From NCBI GenBank assembly GCA_963797095.1, contig CAWCNY010000002.1:1184001-1248000 (forward strand): a stretch of DNA of 64,000 bases, written 5' to 3'. Position 1 is the first letter of the stretch, and every line of letters starts with the position of its first letter. A model generated the notes under the pieces. That model saw only the letters and a list, made by a program, of their open reading frames with translations, ran no database searches and was not told the origin of the DNA. Below, piece after piece: positions 56,214 through 64,000 of the stretch. The DNA comes from an uncultured Chloroflexia bacterium. Lineage in GTDB: Bacteria; Chloroflexota; Chloroflexia; QHBQ01; JADMIH01. A program made the translations under genes and the position numbers.

Positions 56214-59200
56214 ATGCACGTAATCACCCGGTTCTCTCTTAAGAGAGCCTCAGTAGTAATCATGCTTGCCGTACTGGTCATCGCCAGTGGCCTTTATTCC
56301 GCGGGCCAGCTTAAAAGCGAGCTTTTGCCCGATATCGCCCTTCCTGTGGTCAGCGTCATTTCGATCTATCCCGGCGCTGCCCCCGATGATGTTCGCCGCG
56401 ACGTAACCGAGCCTATCGAAAAGGCTATCGCGGGCACCCCCAACCTCAAGAACCTCAACTCGACTTCGAACGACAGCGTCTCCTTCGTCTCTGCCGAGTA
56501 CGAATACGGCACCGACATGGAGAAGACCGAGAAAACCGTCGAAGACCTGGTGAACAACCTCACCCTCCCCAGCCAGGTGCAGAACCCAACAGTTGGCCGC
56601 TTCTCCTTCCAGGACATCCCTGTGCTGGCCTACACAGTCAATACCTCCGAAGCAGGTGAGGATGCCCTCGCCAACTTGCGCCGTGCTCTCGAAGACAAAC
56701 TCGTTCCTGAGCTAAAAGCCATCCAGGGCGTCAACTCGGTCAGTCTCTCAGGTGGCGGCACTCGTGAGGTCCAGGTCACTTTCAGCGACAAAAAGCTGAC
56801 CGATAACGGCCTCACATCCTCCGGTGTGATCGGCGTCCTCCAGGCCAACAACATCTCCTTCCCCACAGGCGAGGTCGTCAAGGACGGCCAGACCTTCCCC
56901 GTGCGCGTCACCAACCAGTTCACCTCCGTTGACGACCTCAAGAACGTCGTCGTAAAACCTTCCGTCCCCAAAGCCGCCACAGGCACAGGCGCTCCGGGTT
57001 CGCAAGGCAATCAGCAAGGCTCGCAGGGCACCCAGGACAATTCATCCGAAATGCTCCCTGCCGTCACCCTCGGTGAGGTGGCTGATGTGGCCCTCATCAA
57101 CTCCAGCGGCAACTCCATAAGCCGCTCCAACGGCAAGCCCAGCCTCGCCGTCACCATTTACAAAACCCAGAACGCTAACACAGTGCAGGTTGCCGATGCC
57201 GTTAGCGCTGTGATGAACAACGTGCCGACCCTCGTCCCCGGCGCTGAAAAAGAGGTCCTCTTCGACCAGTCAACCTTCATCAAAGAGTCCCTTGACGGCC
57301 TAATCCGCGAGGGCCTTCTGGGCGCGATCCTGGCGATCATCGTCATCCTCATCTTCCTCGCCAGTCTCAAGTCCACCCTCGTCACCGCCGTCTCCATCCC
57401 CCTCTCCGTGCTCATCGCCCTCACCATGTTCAACGTGCTAGGCATTACCCTCAATATCATGAGCCTGGCGGGCCTGGCGGTCGCCATCGGGCGTGTCGTA
57501 GACAACTCGATAGTGGTCCTCGAAAACATCTACCGCCACCACTTCCAGCGCGGTGAACCCCTTCGCGAGGCCGCCTTCAGCGGCACCAAAGAGGTGGCAA
57601 CCGCCATCACCGCCTCCACCATCACCACTGTCTGTGTCTTCCTGCCTCTTGGTCTCCTGGCCGGCCTCGTCAGCGAGTTCTTCCGGCCCTTCGCCCTCGC
57701 CGTAACCGTGTCCCTTCTCGCCTCGTTGCTGGTGGCTCTCACGGTCATACCGGTGCTGGCGGCCTTCTTCCTGCGCACCGGCAGAGCCACCAACCCTGTA
57801 ACCCGCGCCATCTCTGTCCCCTTCAACTCCATCGGCGATGCCTTCCGCCGTATCTTCAAGGTCAAAAAACTAGACCCAAAACGCTTCCTGAACGAAGAAG
57901 AAGAGCGCGAGACCTGGGTGCAGCGCCTCTACGCTCCCGCCATCAAGTTCGCTCTCAGAAACACCCGGACCAAACTGGGCGTGCTCGGCGTCTCCCTCCT
58001 GCTCTTTGCTGCTTCAATTGCCATTCCCGCCTTCGGCCTGATCGGCACCTCCTTCATCAGCTTCGGTAGCGACAAAGTGCTCCAGGCCGAATTCGAAATG
58101 GCCCCCGGCACCGACCTCGCCACCACCGACAAAGCCTCCCAGGCCATCGAGGCCGGGCTTCAGAACCACCCCACCATCCTCAACTACCAGGCCAACATCG
58201 GTAGCGACTCCGATAGCGCATCGGTTGGCCTGGGTGGTTCGCTCGGCAACGCCTCCACCGGACGCCTCACCGTCACTCTCCAGCGCGACGCCGATCTAAA
58301 AGCCGAAGCCGCCTGGCTGCACGATCTGATCGCGAGCAAACAATCCGACCTCAAGATCGAGGACTTCAGCGTCACCCAGGGCACCGGCGCAGGCCCAGGC
58401 AGCAGCGCCTTCTCGGTCGTTGTCTCAGGCAACAACTACGACGATGTGCTCAAGGCCAGCGACGCGTTGGTAGCCTCCTTCAAGAACATCAAAGACCTCG
58501 ATAACGTCGCCAGCAACGCCGCCCGCGCCAAGTCTGAGATCCGCGTCAAAGTGGACCCGGCCAAAGCTCTCGCCCACGGCTCTACCACCATTCAGATCGC
58601 GAGCCAGATTCGCGGCCTCCTTACCAGCCAGGACGTGACCCAGGTCACCATCGACGGCCAGACCTACGACGTGACCGCCGTCTACGACAAGTCCACCCTC
58701 AACGACATCGATGCTATTCGCAATATCAAAGTTGGCGCTGTCAACCCCGTGGCCCTCTCCGAGGTGGCCGATGTTGCTATGGTCGATGGCCCCGTCTCCG
58801 TCACCCGCGTGAACCAGGAGCGCTCCATCACCGTCAGCGGCACCATCAACAGCGACAGCACCTCCGGTGTCACCTTCGCGGCCCAGGAAGCCATTGATGC
58901 GCTCAATCCTCCCGCCGGAGTCACAGTCAGCATCGCGGGCGTGTCGGCCCAGCAGTCCGAAGCATTCGGCCAGATGGGTGTGGCCCTTGTGATCGCCATC
59001 GTCCTCGTTTACCTGGTGATGGTGCTCACCTTCGGCTCTCTCTCCACACCCTTCGTGATCATGTTCTCGATCCCGCTGGCCGCCATCGGCTCCATAGTGG
59101 CCCTCTTCGTTACCGGCAGGCCCCTCGGCGTCAGCTCCCTTATCGGCGTCCTTATGCTGGTAGGCATCGTAGTCACCAACGCCATCGTCTTGCTCGACCT

Positions 59201-59579
59201 TGTTGAGCAGTTGAAGGCGCGTGGTATGTCCACCACCGATGCCCTCATCCGTGGCGGCAAGACCCGCGTGCGCCCCATCCTTATGACCGCCGTCGCCACC
59301 ATGATCGCCCTCCTTCCCCTGGTGCTCGGCTTCAGCGAAGGCTCCATCATCGCCTCCGAGCTTGGCACCGTCGTGGTGGGCGGCCTCTTCACCTCCACCT
59401 TCCTCACCCTCATAGTCGTGCCGGTCGTCTACAGCCTCCTCAACTCCCTCCGCACCCGCTTTGGCGGTCACAGCGAACAGGAACCTGACGATGCAACTGC
59501 TGACTCTATACCCCACAATGGCGTAGAGCACACCACCGGTTTCCTCGGCGACAAGACCGGCCCTTTGAGCGCGATCTAG
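56214..59579 (+). CDS. RND efflux transporter (AcrB/SwrC-like)
   Basis: YPGAAP..V...VTEPIE, SIPLS, GRVVDNSIVVLENI, GIVVTNAIVL, RVRPILMTA, GGLFTSTFLTL. Confidence 0.93.
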   Translation: MHVITRFSLKRASVVIMLAVLVIASGLYSAGQLKSELLPDIALPVVSVISIYPGAAPDDVRRDVTEPIEKAIAGTPNLKNLNSTSNDSVSFVSAEYEYGTDMEKTEKTVEDLVNNLTLPSQVQNPTVGRFSFQDIPVLAYTVNTSEAGEDALANLRRALEDKLVPELKAIQGVNSVSLSGGGTREVQVTFSDKKLTDNGLTSSGVIGVLQANNISFPTGEVVKDGQTFPVRVTNQFTSVDDLKNVVVKPSVPKAATGTGAPGSQGNQQGSQGTQDNSSEMLPAVTLGEVADVALINSSGNSISRSNGKPSLAVTIYKTQNANTVQVADAVSAVMNNVPTLVPGAEKEVLFDQSTFIKESLDGLIREGLLGAILAIIVILIFLASLKSTLVTAVSIPLSVLIALTMFNVLGITLNIMSLAGLAVAIGRVVDNSIVVLENIYRHHFQRGEPLREAAFSGTKEVATAITASTITTVCVFLPLGLLAGLVSEFFRPFALAVTVSLLASLLVALTVIPVLAAFFLRTGRATNPVTRAISVPFNSIGDAFRRIFKVKKLDPKRFLNEEEERETWVQRLYAPAIKFALRNTRTKLGVLGVSLLLFAASIAIPAFGLIGTSFISFGSDKVLQAEFEMAPGTDLATTDKASQAIEAGLQNHPTILNYQANIGSDSDSASVGLGGSLGNASTGRLTVTLQRDADLKAEAAWLHDLIASKQSDLKIEDFSVTQGTGAGPGSSAFSVVVSGNNYDDVLKASDALVASFKNIKDLDNVASNAARAKSEIRVKVDPAKALAHGSTTIQIASQIRGLLTSQDVTQVTIDGQTYDVTAVYDKSTLNDIDAIRNIKVGAVNPVALSEVADVAMVDGPVSVTRVNQERSITVSGTINSDSTSGVTFAAQEAIDALNPPAGVTVSIAGVSAQQSEAFGQMGVALVIAIVLVYLVMVLTFGSLSTPFVIMFSIPLAAIGSIVALFVTGRPLGVSSLIGVLMLVGIVVTNAIVLLDLVEQLKARGMSTTDALIRGGKTRVRPILMTAVATMIALLPLVLGFSEGSIIASELGTVVVGGLFTSTFLTLIVVPVVYSLLNSLRTRFGGHSEQEPDDATADSIPHNGVEHTTGFLGDKTGPLSAI

Positions 59580-59605
59580 TCAAGCCACCAACACAAAACA
59601 AAGCA

Positions 59606-59634
59606 AAACGACCGTGCCCAGCGCACGGTCGTTT
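59606..59634. terminator. Bidirectional terminator hairpin
   Basis: aaacgaccgtgc-ccagc-gcacggtcgttt between convergent genes. Confidence 0.75.
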
Positions 59635-59655
59635 GTCTATCTGAAGGTGTGGGGT

Positions 59656-60036
59656 CTAGGCGGGCTGGCCGAAAGCTTTCTTCACATCCGGGGTCATCAG
59701 GTAGTAGATGATGATACCGGAGATGATCACCTGGATGATCAAGCTTCCGATATTAGACCATCCCAGGATCAGGTAGAGGATGTTCAGGACTACGTTGACC
59801 GCTTGGATACCGAGGCCCAGCATCCACGCCCAGGGCTGCAATGTCCACGCCCCATAAGCGAATGCCAGATCCGCTATCGCCAGTACCAGCGCTATAATCC
59901 CGAATATGGCTCCGGCGGCGCCCGCTGTTGATAGTGCAAATAAGGCTAGCGCGCCCACGAGGCCGAACAGTCCACCAATAGCCGCCAGTACAGCAAGGAT
60001 CGTGATGCCCAGCGGACGTTGCGATGTTTGTTGCAT
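59656..60036 (-). CDS. Small 4-TM membrane protein
   Basis: RPLGITILAVL...AYGAWTLQPWAW...YYLMTPDVKKAF; RBS gggagggg. Confidence 0.75.
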   Translation of the reverse strand: MQQTSQRPLGITILAVLAAIGGLFGLVGALALFALSTAGAAGAIFGIIALVLAIADLAFAYGAWTLQPWAWMLGLGIQAVNVVLNILYLILGWSNIGSLIIQVIISGIIIYYLMTPDVKKAFGQPA

Positions 60037-60294
60037 TTGTATTTACCCCTCCCTATACAAATTCGTTGGTGCTTTGGATATCCGCGCCAGGGAAATAGAA
60101 CGCAAGAGCGCGAGGTATATAAGCGCTCCCTTGCACATCCCTCGTGCCGGAGAGTATACGACAGGTTAGGCACGCGAGTCAATACTTTTCCACCACATTT
60201 TAGGGCATACTTACATCCTCTTTTCATTTAACCCTCAATACCCGTTAGCTGTCACTTCTTGTAACCCCTCCAGGAAAGCCGCCCAACTCAGCTT

Positions 60295-60464
60295 GTCATC
60301 CTGAACGAAGTGAGGGATCTCGATCTCCAAGATCCCACTTCGGGAGCGCGCCAGGCCCAAGAGTGTATGAGTTGGACAAGATCCTAGACACACCTCTTAG
60401 TCGAGCCTTACAAGTAGCTGTCCAGATCGCAATCGACTTGTAGGGGCGAGGCATGCCTCGCCCT
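60295..60464. repeat. Two REP-like palindromic elements
   Basis: gtcatcctgaacgaagtgagggatctc...gatcccacttcg (60295-60342) and GTAG-type gtaggggcgaggca|tgcctcgccct (60440-60464). Confidence 0.6.
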
Positions 60465-60496
60465 GTGTGGCCTCAACGCCTAGATCCTGAAAGTGC

Positions 60497-60853
60497 TCAG
60501 TCAAGAAGCCAGGATCCGGACAGCCATAACCAGGAGAAGAGTATGCCGCACCCCAAAAGCAAGAACACTCCCAACGCATTCAACAAATATCGGCGATACT
60601 TCCTGGCTTGCTCCCTGTCCCTCAGTGCGCGCACCAGGAACACACTGCTAATCACTACAAACTCCGCCTCGAACACCAAACCCACAGTAATAGATCCCGA
60701 TGATCCACCTCCGAAATAGAACGAGGCGGCAATCTCCCGGCAAGTAGCATAAATACTGAGCACTCCTGCTCCCAGGCAGATCAAGTACACGGCAACGAGC
60801 CAGCGTACCTCCCATGCCTTCCCTGTCGTCCTTTCCTGTGCTCTCTCAGCCAT
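60497..60853 (-). CDS. Small 3-TM hypothetical membrane protein
   Basis: Three hydrophobic segments; start overlaps the end of the upstream fragment. Confidence 0.5.
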   Translation of the reverse strand: MAERAQERTTGKAWEVRWLVAVYLICLGAGVLSIYATCREIAASFYFGGGSSGSITVGLVFEAEFVVISSVFLVRALRDREQARKYRRYLLNALGVFLLLGCGILFSWLWLSGSWLLD

Positions 60854-62293
60854 CCTTCCTACCCTGGCGGCCTTCACATGGTCTCGCATCAAAGTGCGCT
60901 GCCAGCGGGCGGCCCCTTAACGTGCCTGCCACCCACAGCGTGCCGGTAGGCGACACCTCGCTCGCGTTCAGCCCATCATCTATCCCTAACCCGCCTGCGG
61001 GGCGCGGCTCTCCTACTCTCGGACTTGCCACCACCTCCCACTTGCTTCCATCCCAATACTGAACAAGGGTCTCTCCTGTGTAATCCTGGCTCAATTCGCC
61101 AATTCCCACAGTCCACACGCGGTTCGCCCCATCTACTGATATCCCATCTACTGATATATCGTTTAGCCACCCGTCCCCTTGGCGGCCCGTGATCTCGACT
61201 TCCTGCCAATGCTCGCCGTTCCAGTGCTCGGCATACGTCTGGCCTGCCTCACTGGCCGTCCCCGAACAAGTGCCTAGCGCCCACACATCATCTTAGTTCT
61301 TGCCCGCCACGCTTAGTAAGATTGGTCCATAATGCACTTCGTAGTCTTGGCCCGGTCCAACATAGCTACACACAGTCTCCGTTTGCACGTTCTTCCACCT
61401 AACCCCGTCCCAATGCATTGCCAAATCTTTGCCGTTCCGATTGTAGCTACGGTCTTCCAAACTACCCACTACCCATACATCATTCACAGATATCGCTACT
61501 ACATCTTCTGGTCCCCCCATATTTGCTCATTTTGCGCCTTGTCTGCATCGCTGATCAATGGGGTAGTAACCGACGCCCATTCCTTGCCATCCCAATGCAG
61601 AATTACTGGATTGAATGTGGATCCTCCTACCGCCCGGATGTCTGTAGCCGACACCGCGCTAATTGCTCTCAGCTTGCCACTCTTGGGAGGAGCGTTGACA
61701 AACTTCCATTCCTTGCCATCCCAATGTTCAATCAGGGCTCGTGTTATGTTGATACCGCCGACGGCCCATACATCGTTCTTTGAAAGTGCCACCACGTCCT
61801 CGAAATCATACCTATACCTATCGACCTCGTAACCCGTCTCGACCTCGTAATCCGTCACCTCAGGCTTTGCCACCGGCACATGCCTCAATTCCTTCCCATC
61901 CCAATGCGCTATCACTCCCTCCGAATCCGAAAAATAGCATAGGGTATATCTACACTCACTTTTGCCCACAAACCACACGTCATCGTCGGCAAGTGCCGTC
62001 ACTCCATAGAAAGCTGCCGACTCTGCGTAAATCTGCAAGCTGCTCTCGTCAAGCGTAGTCCACATTCCGCATACACCACCCGCCTCCGCATCGCTGACCA
62101 CCTTCACATCTGGCATGTTCAGTACCGAAAGTGGGTCGTGATGTCCCCAAACCAAATCCAGGATCCCCTGTCTGAAAATAGTAGCCACGACCCCTCCCAA
62201 CAAAGGCAACACCGGCACCAGCGTGACCACTTGTGCTGCATTTGGTTGCCCATACTTTCCTATCTTGGTTTGCTTGGCATCTCCGTTCTTCAC
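60846..62293 (-). pseudogene. Secreted beta-propeller-like repeat protein (VWAVG...HWDG repeats), broken by a frameshift and a stop
   Basis: The repeats continue across three ORFs. Frameshift at a G6 run near 61513-61520 and an in-frame TAA at 61293-61295 (VAGKN*DDVWALG). Confidence 0.75.
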
Positions 62294-62525
62294 AATGAAA
62301 TTATAGCACCCAATTTTATCTTCTTTCTCTTTGGTTTGGTGCTGAGCAAATCACACCAAACTTCGTGCCCTTCGCCCTTCTTCGTATCTTCGTGTACATA
62401 GGAACGCCCACCTTGAGCACAGCCCCATCTGTATGCTATAACTGAGCTACCATCCCGGCCTACCTCTTGCTATACCTTTACCATCACCGCTGCCCGTAAT
62501 CAAGCCCACCAGAGGTTGATCGCCC

Positions 62526-64000
62526 ATGCTCCTGCCCACTTCCCGAAAACCCGCTCTCAACGCCCCCCGCCGCCCTAACCATCCAATACGCAACAAGCAC
62601 CACGCAATCTGGCTGCTCATCTGCCTCCTTCTGTCTGCGGGTTCCTTCCTCCTGTCCGGCGCTCAGGCCCAGGCTCCCTCCTTCGCCGACCCCACCTTCG
62701 AGACCCTCTGGAACCGCACCAACTCTCTCGTCGCGTCCGGCGACGTGCAGCGCCCCTGGGTGTGGGGTCCTTCCCCCGGCCCCTCTCTTACCGAGCCTTT
62801 CTCCGGCCTCCCCGGCAACTCCCACCTCGTCCAGTACTTCGACAAAGGCCGCATGGAGATCAACAATCCTTCCGCCGACCCCACCGACCCCTTTTACGTC
62901 ACCAATGGCCGCCTAGCAGTCGAGCTAATCTCAGGCCAAGCCCAGGTCGGCGTCAACGCCTTCGAGAATCGCGGGCCCGCCCAGATCGACCTCGCCTCCG
63001 ACGCCGACGACCCTACGGCCCCCACCTACGGCTCCTTCAATGGCGTCTCAAGCATCCCCGGCGCTCCCAACGTCCGCACCGCCCCCGACCATACTGGCTC
63101 CATAGTTCGCACCGCCATCGACCGCCAGGGCGAGACCCAACCCTGGCCCGAAAACCATCTCGATTACGGCGTCCGCTACGCCCACTACGAAGAGACCACA
63201 GGCCACAACATCCCCGACGTTTTCTGGGATTACCTCAACCAGCAAACCGCCATCGTCCAGGACAAAGAGGTCGTGCAAGGCCCTCTCTTCTATCCCTGGT
63301 TCTCCATCACAGGCTACCCCATCTCCGAGCCATATTGGTCCTACGTAAAGGTCGAAGGCGAATACACCGACGTGCTCATCCAGGCCTACGAGCGTCGCAT
63401 CCTCACCTACGTCCCTCATCTCCCATCCCCTTTCAAAGTGCAGATGGGCAACATCGGCCAGCACTACTACGAATGGCGCTACCAGGCCAGCACCCCCGCC
63501 ACCCCCCCACCCCCCGCCGCTACCCCTACCTCGCCCGGTCCCCCTCCCAAGCCTAACGTCACCATCGACGGCATAGAGTACCGCCAGTCCATCGTTGATA
63601 TCAACGGTACCTTCTGCATCATCACCAACCGGGGCGACACCCCCATCTCCTTCGACGGCTGGCAACTCGATAGCCCCAAGTGGGGTTTCGTGGATAGCTT
63701 CCTCTTCCCCAACGGCATCACCCTCGCACCAGGCGCGAGCATCCGCGTCCATTCCGGCCCAGGCCGCAACTCTGATACCGATGTATATATGTCCAGGCCC
63801 ACGGTCATGTGGAACGGCCAACCCTACGATTACGCCGTCCTCTACGACAACTACGCCCGTCAGGTGGCCGATTTCTTCCCCGCCGGCGATGTCGGCTTGC
63901 CTCCACCCGCCAACCCCACTGACACCCCAGAACCCGGTAAAGCCACCGATACCCCAGAGCCTGGCAAAGCCACCGACACCCCCGAACCGGGTAAGGCCAC
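62526..64000 (+). CDS. Secreted Chloroflexota-type protein with lamin-tail domain and Pro/Thr repeats (partial, runs off the right edge)
   Basis: Not in the ORF track. Manual translation gives a signal peptide ending AQA, WVWGP, VQYFDKGRMEINNP, TGHNIP, GYPISEPYW, QAYERRILTY, GNIGQHYYEWRY, LTD-like ITNRGDTPISFDGWQL...LAPGASIRVHSGPG, and TDTPEPGKA x3. Confidence 0.8.
   Translation, partial: MLLPTSRKPALNAPRRPNHPIRNKHHAIWLLICLLLSAGSFLLSGAQAQAPSFADPTFETLWNRTNSLVASGDVQRPWVWGPSPGPSLTEPFSGLPGNSHLVQYFDKGRMEINNPSADPTDPFYVTNGRLAVELISGQAQVGVNAFENRGPAQIDLASDADDPTAPTYGSFNGVSSIPGAPNVRTAPDHTGSIVRTAIDRQGETQPWPENHLDYGVRYAHYEETTGHNIPDVFWDYLNQQTAIVQDKEVVQGPLFYPWFSITGYPISEPYWSYVKVEGEYTDVLIQAYERRILTYVPHLPSPFKVQMGNIGQHYYEWRYQASTPATPPPPAATPTSPGPPPKPNVTIDGIEYRQSIVDINGTFCIITNRGDTPISFDGWQLDSPKWGFVDSFLFPNGITLAPGASIRVHSGPGRNSDTDVYMSRPTVMWNGQPYDYAVLYDNYARQVADFFPAGDVGLPPPANPTDTPEPGKATDTPEPGKATDTPEPGKA

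Noticed and set aside
58425-59531. Long antisense ORFs opposite the RND gene (and similar ones opposite GH63, malQ and the ABC binding protein)
   Set aside because: Expected by-product of high-GC codon bias; no recognisable motifs.
62762-63821. Track ORFs 62762-63556 (+) and 63048-63821 (-)
   Set aside because: Shadow frames of the real secreted protein that starts at 62526 and runs off the window end.

Overview
64-kb, GC-rich bacterial window, most likely Chloroflexota (inferred from the GT39-PA14-NHL membrane protein, the 'VQYFDKGRME...GYPISEPYW...ERRILTY' secreted domain and heptamer tandem repeats). Most of it is housekeeping and carbohydrate metabolism: malQ, GH63, GH38-like, GH1, GH13, a sugar ABC importer, ROK kinase, asnA, an ECF sigma/anti-sigma pair, an RND pump and one tRNA(CAT). 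The left end holds a complete ISKra4/ISLre2-type IS with a 9-bp target duplication, a doubly frameshifted MazF/PemK-type toxin-antitoxin pair and an orphan DNA methyltransferase. The standout is a three-gene cassette at 20451-25192: a ComP-like PDZ + multi-TM + GAF sensor whose output is an HD-GYP cyclic-dinucleotide phosphodiesterase rather than a histidine kinase, a 63-aa peptide ending in ...SMWI with its own promoter and terminator, and a ComQ-like prenyltransferase lacking the chain-elongation arginines. This looks like a ComQX-type prenylated-peptide quorum-sensing system wired directly to c-di-GMP turnover. All family calls come from motif recognition by eye; no database searches were run.
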